A DNA stretch of 40,203 bases from a virus (Duplodnaviria > Caudoviricetes): positions 1 through 40,203 of IMG/VR virus record IMGVR_UViG_3300005805_000185. The stretch is one strand, 5' to 3'. The position numbers and the translations under genes are program-made. A model generated the notes under the pieces. The model did no database searches. It was given only the letters and a program-made list of their open reading frames with translations, and was not told the origin of the DNA. Numbering within the stretch: the first letter of the stretch is position 1; every line of letters starts with the position of its first letter. Positions 25,814 to 36,290 of the stretch are shown here, piece by piece.

Positions 25814-25821
25814 TATTTATC
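25814..25821 (-). promoter_or_regulatory. Variant late promoter for gp3
   Basis: GATAAATA just downstream of the gp23 terminator. Confidence 0.5.
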
Positions 25822-25828
25822 TACGCAT

Positions 25829-25855
25829 AAAAAAAGGGGCTCCGAGAGCCCCTTT
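25829..25855 (-). terminator. Rho-independent terminator after gp23
   Basis: GGGGCTC-TCG-GAGCCCC followed by T7 on the minus strand. Confidence 0.9.
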
Positions 25856-25882
25856 AAAGACATCATATTTTTTGTTTTACTA

Positions 25883-27235
25883 TTACATGATGTTATTAAC
25901 GCGAACTCTTCTGTAGTATACGTTTGTATCTTCAGCAAGAGCACCGGTACCAGCAGCTGTTGAACCATCGTTAAATGGGTTGGCAACCATACCGTAACGG
26001 GTTTTAAATCCAATCTTAGGTTGGAATGTGTCAGGATCAACAGCACGAACCATCTGGAGAGGAACATATGGGCAGTAGAAGAGACCAGCATCAAATGGGC
26101 TCGAACCTTTGTAGCCCATGACGAAGTAGTTTCCACCAGCATATGGATCGATGTAAACACGGATGCGGCCGTTAAGAACACCGGCAAATGTGTTACCAGT
26201 ATCATCGATCTGGAGGTTGTTGCTGTTAAGGGCAGGAGCGTAGTCAAGAACACCGGCCATCTGAAGAGCAGAAGCTACATCGCTCGAGCAGATAACGATG
26301 TTACCTTTTCCTCTACGAGTGTCTTTTGCAATTTGATTGGCTTCTCTTTCGAGTTGGAACATAAGACCTTTAAACTTCTCAACCGACCAACGACCGTTGG
26401 AATCGGTGTCAAGGTCAAACACACCGGTTGTGGTTGTACCAGATGTGGCGCCAATTTTGGCTGTTACATAGATCGAACGAACAACTTCGCGGTTGATCTC
26501 TGTAAGGATCTCGGACGAGAGGATGTTGCTGAGCTCTGTTTCAGCGTCAAGACCGTGAACGGCGCGAAGGTCTTGGGCGAGTTCCATCGAGTACTCAGCT
26601 TTAAGAGCACGGCCCTTGGCTGTTACTGTAACCTTCTCAATCGAGAAAGCCATCTGAGGGAACGTAATTGTACCGTTACCAAATCTCTCAAGCTCGTTTG
26701 TAGAAACACCGGTAGCATAGTTAACTTCGGTGTTAGTAGCGAGTTGGGTAAGGTTGGCTCCAGCACCTGTCGAACCAACGTGGTTATTACCAAGAGCAGC
26801 CGAGTTCTTATTGTAGCTGGAAAACTCTGTATTGGCTTCGTTGTAGAAGGCCTCGTCACCAGACTGATTGGTATAGCGCGAACGCATTGCAAAAATAAGG
26901 CCTGTTGGACCAGTCATGGGCTGAACACCGCAAATGTCATAAGCCATAAGGTTAGGCATAGAACGGCGAACAAGACTAATAAGAACTGGATCAAAAATAT
27001 CTACAGCACCGTCACCAGCTGTGGAGCTCGAAGCACCCATAGCGTTGGTGGGGTTGTTAGCTTCAAACAAGCGCTGGCTACCACGAACCTGATACTCAGC
27101 CTCACGTAAAGCACGCTCGGTATTCTCAAGAATCTGAGCTGTTACAGCACGCTTGTGAGAGTCTTTAATAGGCTCAAGGTCAGCATGTTCAAGAACAGGC
27201 TTCCACTTGCTTTGAATCTCTTCATTTAAGTACAT
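25883..27235 (-). CDS. gp23: Major capsid protein
   Basis: GVQPMTGPTGLIFAMR, RALKAEYS, EINREV, YCPYVPL, FKTRYG. Confidence 0.98.
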   Translation of the reverse strand: MYLNEEIQSKWKPVLEHADLEPIKDSHKRAVTAQILENTERALREAEYQVRGSQRLFEANNPTNAMGASSSTAGDGAVDIFDPVLISLVRRSMPNLMAYDICGVQPMTGPTGLIFAMRSRYTNQSGDEAFYNEANTEFSSYNKNSAALGNNHVGSTGAGANLTQLATNTEVNYATGVSTNELERFGNGTITFPQMAFSIEKVTVTAKGRALKAEYSMELAQDLRAVHGLDAETELSNILSSEILTEINREVVRSIYVTAKIGATSGTTTTGVFDLDTDSNGRWSVEKFKGLMFQLEREANQIAKDTRRGKGNIVICSSDVASALQMAGVLDYAPALNSNNLQIDDTGNTFAGVLNGRIRVYIDPYAGGNYFVMGYKGSSPFDAGLFYCPYVPLQMVRAVDPDTFQPKIGFKTRYGMVANPFNDGSTAAGTGALAEDTNVYYRRVRVNNIM

Positions 27236-27272
27236 AGGTTTCCCCTTCCTTGGTTAAAATAAAAGTTAATAT

Positions 27273-27280
27273 TATTTATA
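27273..27280 (-). promoter_or_regulatory. T4 late promoter for gp23
   Basis: Exact TATAAATA. Confidence 0.85.
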
Positions 27281-27284
27281 AGAA

Positions 27285-28280
27285 TTATTTCTTAACCGAT
27301 CTAGAAATAGCGTGCACGTAGTTAGCTACAGAAGGGGAAAGCTTAGGTTGCTCTTTTGAACTATCCTCTACTGCTTCTTTAACTTCTTCTTCTACAATAT
27401 CGCTACCGGTTTTAGTATCTTTAAAGTAGCTTTCCTTAACAATGTTGAGCTTCTTTTCGTAAGTTTCTTCATCAGTAAACTCAACACCTTCAGCCATAGT
27501 TGCAAATTTTTCTTTCTGGGTAATCGTAAGACCTTCAGCAACTTGGGCTAAGATACTTTCTTTAGCAAAAGCTTTTACTGTGTGGGCAAGTTCGATGTTA
27601 TCATCAATAGACTCGTTAAGCTTTTGTTCAAGCTCTTCTACACGAGCGGCAAGACCTTCTAATACATCAAACTTATCTTCTGGAATTTCGATATAGTTTT
27701 CAGCAAAGAGTTTTCTCATTCCATCGATAAACTCTTCTGTAATCTCTGTACGCAACGACGATTCAATTGCAATCTCGTTTGCTTCCATCCACTGCTCGGC
27801 AACGTAAGTAATGTACTCGTCTACTTGTTCGGAGAGCTTGGATGTGAATTCGGCTACAGACTCTTCTAACCTTTCCTGATATTCAGCTTGAAGCTCTTCT
27901 GTAACGGCTTGTACTTTAGCACTGACAGCAGCTTCAAAAATTGTAGAGGCTTTTTCTTTAAACTCTTCAGAGAGTTCTTCACCCTCAAAAGCAACCTCAA
28001 TAGTAACTTCCTCTTGCTTGACTTTGGCAGTTACATTAGCAGCTGAAGCATCGGATGGTTTCATGTTTAATGTAGCCTTATTAGAAGCGGCTGAGTCGTT
28101 ACCACCAGACTGAGGAGTCTTCTGCTCAACTTCAGAAGCAGTATGGACTGGGTTGGTCTTCTCGCCTTGGTCTTTAGAATTTGGAAGGGTTGCATTTTTA
28201 GGGGCAGGATCAGCAATAATCTCGTCACCATTTGCACCTAATTTATTTACAACCTTTTCAAGTAATTTTTGTTTAGCCAT
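27285..28280 (-). CDS. gp22: Prohead core scaffold protein
   Basis: LSEEFKEKASTIFEAAV, YVAEQWMEANEIAI; acidic; lies between gp21 and gp23. Confidence 0.93.
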   Translation of the reverse strand: MAKQKLLEKVVNKLGANGDEIIADPAPKNATLPNSKDQGEKTNPVHTASEVEQKTPQSGGNDSAASNKATLNMKPSDASAANVTAKVKQEEVTIEVAFEGEELSEEFKEKASTIFEAAVSAKVQAVTEELQAEYQERLEESVAEFTSKLSEQVDEYITYVAEQWMEANEIAIESSLRTEITEEFIDGMRKLFAENYIEIPEDKFDVLEGLAARVEELEQKLNESIDDNIELAHTVKAFAKESILAQVAEGLTITQKEKFATMAEGVEFTDEETYEKKLNIVKESYFKDTKTGSDIVEEEVKEAVEDSSKEQPKLSPSVANYVHAISRSVKK

Positions 28281-28310
28281 TTTTGTAGAGCTCCTTAAAA
28301 CTTATATTTT

Positions 28311-28318
28311 TATTTATA
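28311..28318 (-). promoter_or_regulatory. T4 late promoter for gp22
   Basis: Exact TATAAATA. Confidence 0.85.
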
Positions 28319-28321
28319 AAA

Positions 28322-28981
28322 TTATTTACGTGACAAATCGTTGAAGAAAGATTCAAAGACTTTTACCTTTGCTTCTTCTAATCTCTTTAAAGGAGCCTTT
28401 TTAATTGTATTCTTATAAGACTCAACAGTCTGTTGCTTTAGTATACCATTATCCCAGATCCACTCAACACCCTCCATAATACCTCTTACAAACGCATCAG
28501 GAGCAGAAGGGTCAGCAACTATGTCAGCTGCAGTAGCAAGATAAAAGTCATCTTGAACTTCCATTACACCATTTTTATTTTCTTTAAGGCTACCCATACC
28601 ACGCGAAGAAACACCTAACTGAGCTCCTTCACTAATAAGATTCTTTACAATATTACCGTATGGAGTGTCTAGTACTTTAGCCTTACCGATGAAATCAGTA
28701 CCCTCTTTTTTAAGAGATCTGATGATGTGAGAGGCTCTTTCTAGGTTAATGGTAGGGCCTTGAGGATGACCTAGCTCACCAAACGCTCTATTCTTGTTTA
28801 CATATTCATTGTTATAGCGTTCAACTTCTCTACCTAATAAGTCAACATTATAGATTCTATTGTTTCTATTCTGTTTATCACCTTGTAGAAAAACGCCTTC
28901 GATGTAGAACTCCTTCTTACCAGGAGTCTTTTCTTCTACTAGGTATCTAACTTCTTCTGTCAGTTCGCTTATTAGTTTCAT
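28322..28981 (-). CDS. gp21: Prohead protease
   Basis: IEGVFLQ, NRNNRIY, GELGHP, GVSSRGMGS, DIVADPS. Confidence 0.97.
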   Translation of the reverse strand: MKLISELTEEVRYLVEEKTPGKKEFYIEGVFLQGDKQNRNNRIYNVDLLGREVERYNNEYVNKNRAFGELGHPQGPTINLERASHIIRSLKKEGTDFIGKAKVLDTPYGNIVKNLISEGAQLGVSSRGMGSLKENKNGVMEVQDDFYLATAADIVADPSAPDAFVRGIMEGVEWIWDNGILKQQTVESYKNTIKKAPLKRLEEAKVKVFESFFNDLSRK

Positions 28982-28989
28982 TGTTGACC

Positions 28990-29268
28990 TCAATAAAATC
29001 CTATTGAAACACCGTAGACGAGATTCGAGCTAGCCGTGTCAGACTTAACCGTATCGGTTGGTTCTTTCATTAAATCAATACACGAACCGTCAGCACCGCT
29101 GCCCGGTAATACTATTGTACCAATTGCTATACCGTTTGCATACGAATGAGTAATAAAATGAGCAGCAGTATCTATATTTACAAGCCTGACCAGACTTGCA
29201 CTGGATACAACATTAGCAGTAGTCGTAATTGAAATGGTGTTAGCTAGAAGTTTAATAGAGTCAGCCAT
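28990..29268 (-). CDS. Hypothetical small protein in the head module
   Basis: GAGG RBS; beta-rich 92-aa ORF overlapping the upstream stop. Confidence 0.7.
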   Translation of the reverse strand: MADSIKLLANTISITTTANVVSSASLVRLVNIDTAAHFITHSYANGIAIGTIVLPGSGADGSCIDLMKEPTDTVKSDTASSNLVYGVSIGFY

Positions 29269-30085
29269 TATCTTCCTCGCTTTCTACCTGTTCAAATATC
29301 TCTTTATCTACTCCGTTCTCAATCATTTCAGCCATAATTTGTCTTTCTTCATCGTCAAGAGTAGCAAATAATTCTAAAAGAGATACATCTAATTCTCCTA
29401 GCTCTATCTCTTCTTTTGCTAGATTAGTTGCTCTACCATACATTACAGACATAGCGTCAGCACCATAACGTTGTTTAAATCCTTTCAAGCCCTTCTTCAT
29501 ACCTTTAACAATATCTTCACGCCTTTTCATTTCATCAGATGTCAGAGTGCGTTCATCTAATTCTAGTTCTTCTTTAGTGACTAAAGGCTTAGCATATTCA
29601 CCTCTCTGCATTAGACTATCATGAAGATCCTGAAGTTCGTTATGAATATACTTTATGTCACCAACATGACCCCAATGTGCTTTACCACCTTTTTTGACGT
29701 TGTCGTGGTGCTTTTTTAAGCCTTTGTGAATATCATCTAACATTTTGGTAACATCACCGTGATACTTTAAGTAGCGAGCATGTGCTTCATCGCTTTCAGA
29801 CAAATCAAGTTCTTCTTTAACAGCTAGTTGCATTTTTGTTCTAGCATCGTAAGCCTTTTTAGCTTCTTCATCGTCATAGCCATGACGCTCTTGCTTACGA
29901 TTAATAGGCTTAACGCTCATACCTTTAAAAATAGCATCATCGTTACCGTTTGCATCATCCACTACTTCAATTTTATGCATATCAAAAAAGCGCTGCTCGT
30001 CACCGCCCTTTGGACGGTAGGCAGTTGTACCGGTCTCTCCTTGAGCCTGACCGATTTGTCGCTTAAGCTGGTTGAGCGTTTTCAT
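29261..30085 (-). CDS. Hypothetical protein, probable prohead core/internal protein
   Basis: Sits in the gp68 position between gp67 and gp21; repeated KEE(L/I)xLxE segments. Confidence 0.65.
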   Translation of the reverse strand: MKTLNQLKRQIGQAQGETGTTAYRPKGGDEQRFFDMHKIEVVDDANGNDDAIFKGMSVKPINRKQERHGYDDEEAKKAYDARTKMQLAVKEELDLSESDEAHARYLKYHGDVTKMLDDIHKGLKKHHDNVKKGGKAHWGHVGDIKYIHNELQDLHDSLMQRGEYAKPLVTKEELELDERTLTSDEMKRREDIVKGMKKGLKGFKQRYGADAMSVMYGRATNLAKEEIELGELDVSLLELFATLDDEERQIMAEMIENGVDKEIFEQVESEEDNG

Positions 30086-30284
30086 CTTCTGCATTTTGGA
30101 CCTCTGGTTCGGTATCTTCTTGCTCTTGCTCGCTATCAGAGAACATAGAAGCAGCTAACTCTCGTTTTCTAGTCTCTAATGCGTCCATAATTTTTTGACC
30201 TATAAGTTGGTCAAATGCCGTTTGAACCTTAACAGGTTCTCCGTCTACTGTTGCATCTAAAATATCTTGAAGTAAAGGGTTCAT
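30063..30284 (-). CDS. gp67: Prohead core protein (gp67-like)
   Basis: Small acidic protein directly after the portal; KIMDALETRKRELAASMF. Confidence 0.7.
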   Translation of the reverse strand: MNPLLQDILDATVDGEPVKVQTAFDQLIGQKIMDALETRKRELAASMFSDSEQEQEDTEPEVQNAEDENAQPA

Positions 30285-30297
30285 TTTATCTCCGAAT

Positions 30298-30305
30298 TAT
30301 TTATT
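30298..30305 (-). promoter_or_regulatory. Variant late promoter for gp67
   Basis: AATAAATA at the gp20 stop. Confidence 0.55.
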
Positions 30306-31855
30306 TATTGATCACTTGCTGGAGGTACGACTTGATCAGATCCTTGACCGGGATCTATTTTTTGATACTGAGGAACATTAAGCTCCTGCTCGATTTCTAC
30401 ATCTATCTGCTCAATATCTTCATCAGTCTGTCTCATTACATTCTTTCTAACCCAGGCATGTGAGACGTACTTACCAGCAAAGGGATCAATCTCTAAAAGT
30501 ACATTAAGTCTCTCTTTAAGCATTTCGATGCCTTTAAGTTCTGCAAAATAATTATCTTTTGCATAATCGAACTTAACGTCTTGTACGATGTCTTCCCACT
30601 CTCTTAGAGTCATAACACCTTTAAGCACTAGTTGTTTCTCTAAAGACTTAATAAAGAGCTGGGAAAATCTAAGCCTTATTCTATTAACAAACTTAGAAAA
30701 CTTTACTTCATCTCTTTGAATTTCTGTCGAGCGGCCTACATTATAGGTTGACTCTACTTGCATTCTAGATTCTGGTACGTTAAGAGCACGATACAGTTTT
30801 TTCTGAAAGTAGTTTACATCTGTCATTTCACCAAGATTTTGACCGCCTGGAAGTGTGGTAATTTCAGTACCTTTGTTACCTTCTCTTCTGGGAAACCAAT
30901 AATCTTCTAACATAGTCATAAATTTTCTATCGTCACGTACCTCACCTGTAGTTGCATCATACACTACTCTGTTTTTGTGACGAATCATCATATCTCTAAG
31001 ATATTGCTCAGCTTTCATTTTAGGAAGATTGCCTACATCAATATAAAATATTCTTCTTTCAGGTGCTCTTGAAATTCTATAGATTACTGTAGCATCTTCT
31101 AAAGTTCTTAGCTGATTAAGAACTTTGATAGCCTTATGCAAATAAGATAGGACAACGGTATTATTCTTGTCCATTAAACCTGATGTAACATGAATAACGC
31201 TATCTTTTGCTATTCGTATACCACCAGTCACGGAGCCTGTTTGACTATAATTACCATTACCGGCACCATAATAACCCTTATCACTATAAAGAAAATATTC
31301 ACGTTCTTTCTTTTGAAGTGTAGCGCCTGTAGCTTGATCTTTCTTTTTAGATATTTCTTTTACTTTTCTTATTCTTCTTGGATCAATATAGCGTAACTCT
31401 TTAATACCAGCCCTAGGATCCTTATCATCTAGTATAGCGTGATAGTATAAACGCCCATCAACATAAAAACGTTTAAATATTTCATACGACTGACTATTAA
31501 AATTAAGTATCTTTTTTATACCTTCAAACTCAGTCTGAATAATTTTTTTTATGTTGTTAGGTATATTTACATCATCAAGATTGATCTGAACAATTTCTTC
31601 TTCTGTTTCTGAAACAATAGCTTCATTAATAACATCATCAACAGCCGAATCTACCTCCGGGTGCTGCATCATGTCTCTATATTTTGTTACTAGTTCGGCC
31701 TCGGTTTTGGCAGAACCTTCCAAATCAACATAGGTACCATAAACACCTCCAGCAGCAACCATCACCGCGCCATCGTCTTCCACGGGCGGAGTAAACGAAA
31801 TAGGTTGTTGTTCCTCTTCTTGTGAACGCTTTATTTCAAAGCCAAAAAATCTCAT
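30305..31855 (-). CDS. gp20: Portal protein
   Basis: YRISRAPERRIFYIDVGNLP, MLEDYW, GTEITTLPGG. Confidence 0.98.
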   Translation of the reverse strand: MRFFGFEIKRSQEEEQQPISFTPPVEDDGAVMVAAGGVYGTYVDLEGSAKTEAELVTKYRDMMQHPEVDSAVDDVINEAIVSETEEEIVQINLDDVNIPNNIKKIIQTEFEGIKKILNFNSQSYEIFKRFYVDGRLYYHAILDDKDPRAGIKELRYIDPRRIRKVKEISKKKDQATGATLQKKEREYFLYSDKGYYGAGNGNYSQTGSVTGGIRIAKDSVIHVTSGLMDKNNTVVLSYLHKAIKVLNQLRTLEDATVIYRISRAPERRIFYIDVGNLPKMKAEQYLRDMMIRHKNRVVYDATTGEVRDDRKFMTMLEDYWFPRREGNKGTEITTLPGGQNLGEMTDVNYFQKKLYRALNVPESRMQVESTYNVGRSTEIQRDEVKFSKFVNRIRLRFSQLFIKSLEKQLVLKGVMTLREWEDIVQDVKFDYAKDNYFAELKGIEMLKERLNVLLEIDPFAGKYVSHAWVRKNVMRQTDEDIEQIDVEIEQELNVPQYQKIDPGQGSDQVVPPASDQ

Positions 31856-31870
31856 ATTTTCCTTTAATGG

Positions 31871-31894
31871 AAAGGGCGGGCTTGTTAGCCCGCC
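31871..31894 (-). terminator. Hairpin / weak terminator between gp19 and gp20
   Basis: GGCGGGCT-AACA-AGCCCGCC followed by CTTT. Confidence 0.65.
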
Positions 31895-31903
31895 GTATCA
31901 TAA

Positions 31904-32455
31904 TTAAGCGCCGCCGGCGTTACCGGTAACTCCACCGGAAACTTCCCACCAGTCGTATTGAAATGTAACAGAAAATTCTTCAATCGTATCTACAGCGTTC
32001 CAATCAAGGTCGATAGGAGCAATAGCTGTAGGAAATATTCCATTAAACGTATAAATTCTAATAGGTATACCAGTTTTTGAAAACTGAGTTACTTGTGCAT
32101 TAGCTTTATAAAGCGAGGGTGATGAAGCACCAAATGTACGAAGGTTACCTCTTAAAGAATTTATTTGATTGGACCACTGCTCCATTGCATTTCTAATTAA
32201 AAAATCTTCATCATTAATAACCGTTACTGTCCAATCAGCGAACGTTCTATCTCCAGCAAGCTTGATCTTGCGACCAAAGTAAGGTACTTCAATTAATCCT
32301 AGATCGCTTGAAGGTATCTGAGCTGTTCGAACCATAAAGGGTAACTTAATATCAGCAACACTATTAGCAGGATTTTGAAACTGCACCTGGAAGAGCGTGT
32401 TGCGCGCTCCTCCAAATGTAAGTTGACTTCTAATTTCGTTAACTGAAAAAGCCAT
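31904..32455 (-). CDS. gp19: Tail tube protein
   Basis: GGAR, GRKIKLAGDRTF, WTVTVIND, IEEFSVTFQY. Confidence 0.96.
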   Translation of the reverse strand: MAFSVNEIRSQLTFGGARNTLFQVQFQNPANSVADIKLPFMVRTAQIPSSDLGLIEVPYFGRKIKLAGDRTFADWTVTVINDEDFLIRNAMEQWSNQINSLRGNLRTFGASSPSLYKANAQVTQFSKTGIPIRIYTFNGIFPTAIAPIDLDWNAVDTIEEFSVTFQYDWWEVSGGVTGNAGGA

Positions 32456-32476
32456 ATTGATTCTCCTTGTCTATTT

Positions 32477-32484
32477 TATTTATT
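32477..32484 (-). promoter_or_regulatory. Variant late promoter for gp19
   Basis: AATAAATA upstream of an AGGAG RBS. Confidence 0.6.
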
Positions 32485-34600
32485 AGAACTGTCCGACGAC
32501 TTCGGAGAACTCAACACCTGTTCTTACAGCGACGAAGTTAAGCTGTATGAAGTTAATAGAACGAGCTGGCTTAATATAGATATCACCAACAAATTCGTTT
32601 CTGTCTATAACTTCAGCAGTGTTGTTAGTCTCATCGCAAACTACCCTGAAGTCAGTAATACCTCTTCTACCCTGTACATCTCTTAAGAACGGCTCGATAA
32701 GATTTTTAAACTGAGCACGTGTAAATTCATCGTTAAACTCAAACAACGTAAACTTAGCAGCAGTAGAGATAGCTTTTTCAAGCACAATAAACAGACGTCG
32801 TACGTTAATTCTATCAAATGCCGATGGTTTGTTAAGAAGCGTCTTATCACCAAACAGTAAAGTACCCTGGCCGGGGAATGTTACTATTGGATTAATTCCA
32901 TTCTTATACAGAGCATCGCGCTGGGCTTTGTTAGGATTAAATGCAAGCTTAATAGTATTTTTAATTACACCTCTATTAAATCCTGCCGGGGAGTACCAAG
33001 GGTCTCTTGTATCGTCTGTTCTAACGCAAAGACCGGCCACATCTCCATTAAGAGGTACGTATCTATAAACATCATTGTACTTGTCGTATTGATATTTGTA
33101 CCCGCTATCAAGCACACCGTAAGACGTAGAAGTAATACTGTTTCTAAAAGTAATAATATCATCAGCTTCATCAGCTGCTGAGTTATTAACAACGTCATCT
33201 TTATCAGGAGAAATAAACACTACGCAGTCTTTTCTTACACTTGCAATATTGTCTATTAAATGATTTGCAAGCTGAGCACCATTAGTCAGACCTCTTGCTT
33301 TACCTTGAAGTATAAGAGAAATATCTACATCTTCAGCTGATTTAAAGAGATCGTATCCACTAATAAGCTCACTAATAGCTACTTCAGATTCATCTTTACC
33401 GTCTGATCCAATCTGCATGGAAAGGGTCATTGGTTTTGTATTTGCAAAGCTCGCAATAGTAGCAGCATTTGCAGTGTAGTTAGCTGATCTATTGTTACCG
33501 TAATAGATGTAATTAGAATTTTGATTTATAACATCTTTGACAAAAATCGTTGCACCTTCAGCTGTCTTAGCGTTGTTAGCTCTGGAAAGACCGGAAAATA
33601 CTTCGAGAACAGTTCCAGGAACACCGGTAAACAATCCATCCTCATCAGCAACCACTACATGTATTTCATCTTTAGCAACAGTATTGCCAAACTCAGCCAC
33701 GTACGTCGATGTATTTGGAGCAGCGTCGACTGCATCCTTATATTCCCAGTGACGTTTTAAGTATCCAGTGGTGGTAGTTAATACGTTAGCAACAGCTATG
33801 TTACCAATATTTGCAAGTCTAAACTTATCTTCAGCAGTGATAGTAAACTGTGCACGAGTAGCAGTGTTAGTAACACCACTCACGGCGCTTACTTTCATAA
33901 ACTGAGTACCAATTGTGCTGTTACCTACTTCTATTAAATCTCCAATCACCAGAGTGTTAGCAAGTGCAGTAGCTCTTGTAACGGCTTCACCAATAGTACC
34001 AAGCGCACTTTGGCCGATAAAGACTACAACGTTTGTTGTGCCTGTGTTAGCTACAACACAGGTAAGCTCACCGTTAGATGATAAATTTGCATCACCGCCA
34101 GTAAGACTTGTATTAGTAAAAAATGCATCTTCTGTATCACAGACCGAAATTTTAAGAGAGTTACCTAATGCACCAGGATATCTTGCAATATATAAAACGT
34201 TTGTTTCACCAGTAATACTAGATTGAACTGCACTATCATCAATAAGATCATCGTTTTTAACAATAACAGCAGCGTTAGAAGTTAGAGCGCCAGTATTAGC
34301 TACTGCAGATAATACGCCATTAGCACCTGTACTGTCGGTAGTATTAGCTGTTCTTACAACATACAGCTTGTTACCATAAGATAAAAAATTAGCAGCTGTA
34401 AAAAAAGTTTCTGGATTATGATTAGTAGGCTTGCCAAAGCGACTAACTAGGTTATTTTCTGAATCAACTAACACTCGCTTGTCAACTGGACCCCAACGAA
34501 ATACGCCAGAAATGGCACCTTCAGTTGTTGAAACGGCCGGGACAACGGTGGTCAAGTCAATCTCAGTTACATTAACTCCTGGACTTACTTGGAATGGCAT
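32483..34600 (-). CDS. gp18: Tail sheath protein
   Basis: MPFQVSPGV, FRWGP, WYSPAG, FDRINVRRLF, IKPARSINFI. Confidence 0.97.
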   Translation of the reverse strand: MPFQVSPGVNVTEIDLTTVVPAVSTTEGAISGVFRWGPVDKRVLVDSENNLVSRFGKPTNHNPETFFTAANFLSYGNKLYVVRTANTTDSTGANGVLSAVANTGALTSNAAVIVKNDDLIDDSAVQSSITGETNVLYIARYPGALGNSLKISVCDTEDAFFTNTSLTGGDANLSSNGELTCVVANTGTTNVVVFIGQSALGTIGEAVTRATALANTLVIGDLIEVGNSTIGTQFMKVSAVSGVTNTATRAQFTITAEDKFRLANIGNIAVANVLTTTTGYLKRHWEYKDAVDAAPNTSTYVAEFGNTVAKDEIHVVVADEDGLFTGVPGTVLEVFSGLSRANNAKTAEGATIFVKDVINQNSNYIYYGNNRSANYTANAATIASFANTKPMTLSMQIGSDGKDESEVAISELISGYDLFKSAEDVDISLILQGKARGLTNGAQLANHLIDNIASVRKDCVVFISPDKDDVVNNSAADEADDIITFRNSITSTSYGVLDSGYKYQYDKYNDVYRYVPLNGDVAGLCVRTDDTRDPWYSPAGFNRGVIKNTIKLAFNPNKAQRDALYKNGINPIVTFPGQGTLLFGDKTLLNKPSAFDRINVRRLFIVLEKAISTAAKFTLFEFNDEFTRAQFKNLIEPFLRDVQGRRGITDFRVVCDETNNTAEVIDRNEFVGDIYIKPARSINFIQLNFVAVRTGVEFSEVVGQF

Positions 34601-34639
34601 ATCGGTCTCCCTCAAAAGGTTTATTTAGCAACTTACTAA

Positions 34640-34647
34640 TATTTATA
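34640..34647 (-). promoter_or_regulatory. T4 late promoter for gp18
   Basis: Exact TATAAATA. Confidence 0.85.
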
Positions 34648-34658
34648 AAAGTAGAAAA

Positions 34659-36290
34659 TTATGCTCGCATCCATTCCTCAAATGACATGTTCTCGAGATC
34701 TACAATCTTAGGTTCTTCAAAAACATAATTATCACGTCCATTATCTATTAAACCGAATGGAGTAAGATTATCCTCCATTCTTCTTTCATTTTCTATTGCA
34801 AGTCTTCTTCGAAAATCTAGGCTTGTAAGTTCTTTAAAGTAAAGTTGATCTGTCATCCAAGAAAATAAAACACAGCACATAACACAATCGTCATTACCCT
34901 CTTCTGCTGCAAAGCTTGTTCCCTTATGTATAAAGCGAAACATTTCTTGAAGAGTGTTATAGTCATTTATTAAAAGCTTATCGTTTTCAATTAAAGTTTT
35001 AAAGTTTGAACAACCTAGCTTTTTAGTTGAATTAGTAGTTCTAAGTCCAGCATGAGAGTTGCCTTTGAATCCTGCAGTAAGTCTTGTACCTTCTTTAGAC
35101 TGATTATCAGTAAAGAACATATTTTCATATTCAAGATCGTGAAATAATATGTCGGCGACCTGCTGACCTATATCGTTTACTTCGACAAGAATATACGAAT
35201 TATTATAGTGTTTAGCAACAGGAAGGATTATTTGAGGAAATAAAATTGGATCAATTGTATTGCATCTATATGTTGCGACATCTTTATATGGTAAAGTAGT
35301 TACATCAAACACTTTAAAAACAGAATAATCACCTTCTGTACCGCGAGCGGTATCCACCGTCATTACATATATGTGTTCTTTTTCAGGTTCTGAATATATT
35401 TTTAAAAATCCATCTTCTTTAATAGGATTACTAAAGGTTAACATCTTTAACTTTGAACCTGATATTAGTGTAGACGATGAACCTAAAAACTCACAATCAA
35501 ATTCTTGTCTAAACTGCTCCTCAGATGTATTGCGTATTGTGGTGGCTTTCCACTCTTCATCTCTACCGGGTACCTGACTCCAATGAACCTCTATTCTTTT
35601 ATATTCGTTTCTATTTTCTTCCGAATCTTTCCATAGTTTATAAAATAAGTTAAGACCTTTTGGAGTAGAGGTAATAATTACTTTAGTTGTTTTACCTGAA
35701 GAGATGGTTGGATATACTGAAGCAAAGAATTCTTCTTGAATATGATTTGGTACAAATGCGAACTCGTCTAGATAAATTAAGTTTTGCGAAGTACCTCTGA
35801 TAGCAGAAGATGCTGTTGAGCTTGCAACAATTTCAGATCCATTTTCTAATTCTACTGAACCTTCATTCCATTTAATGATGCCCTGTTGTAGCCACTTTGG
35901 AAGTGCTTCATATGCAAGCTGTATTCGTCCAAGTATTTCTCTAGCCTGCTCGGCCTTATGTGCTAGAATAGCTACGGAATAATGTTCATTAAATAGTACA
36001 CTATGAAGTATAAATGATGCAATTGTAGTAGTCTTACCTACCTGTCTGGGTAGCTTGCATATTACAAATCGTTCTTTTTCTGCTAATCTTAGTATGTCTT
36101 CTTGGAAATCCCATACGGCAAAAGGAACCAAGCCATGATCAACATGTACTATCTTAATATAATTTTTTATAAAATAAACGGGATCCTTAGCACATTTAAT
36201 ATATTCCTGGACCATATCAGTGGTCCACTCAATGCTAACATCACCTCTTTTTAAATTTCTATTACCTAGATAGGTATCACTTTTATTCAT
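34659..36290 (-). CDS. gp17: Terminase large subunit
   Basis: PRQVGKTT, YLDEFAF, STP, VDTARG...DYS, NDDCVM; no intein or insertion evident. Confidence 0.97.
   Translation of the reverse strand: MNKSDTYLGNRNLKRGDVSIEWTTDMVQEYIKCAKDPVYFIKNYIKIVHVDHGLVPFAVWDFQEDILRLAEKERFVICKLPRQVGKTTTIASFILHSVLFNEHYSVAILAHKAEQAREILGRIQLAYEALPKWLQQGIIKWNEGSVELENGSEIVASSTASSAIRGTSQNLIYLDEFAFVPNHIQEEFFASVYPTISSGKTTKVIITSTPKGLNLFYKLWKDSEENRNEYKRIEVHWSQVPGRDEEWKATTIRNTSEEQFRQEFDCEFLGSSSTLISGSKLKMLTFSNPIKEDGFLKIYSEPEKEHIYVMTVDTARGTEGDYSVFKVFDVTTLPYKDVATYRCNTIDPILFPQIILPVAKHYNNSYILVEVNDIGQQVADILFHDLEYENMFFTDNQSKEGTRLTAGFKGNSHAGLRTTNSTKKLGCSNFKTLIENDKLLINDYNTLQEMFRFIHKGTSFAAEEGNDDCVMCCVLFSWMTDQLYFKELTSLDFRRRLAIENERRMEDNLTPFGLIDNGRDNYVFEEPKIVDLENMSFEEWMRA

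Noticed and set aside
26021-27109. 362-aa plus-strand ORF antisense to gp23
   Set aside because: Mirror-frame shadow expected from strong codon bias in a highly expressed capsid gene; no motifs, promoter or RBS seen
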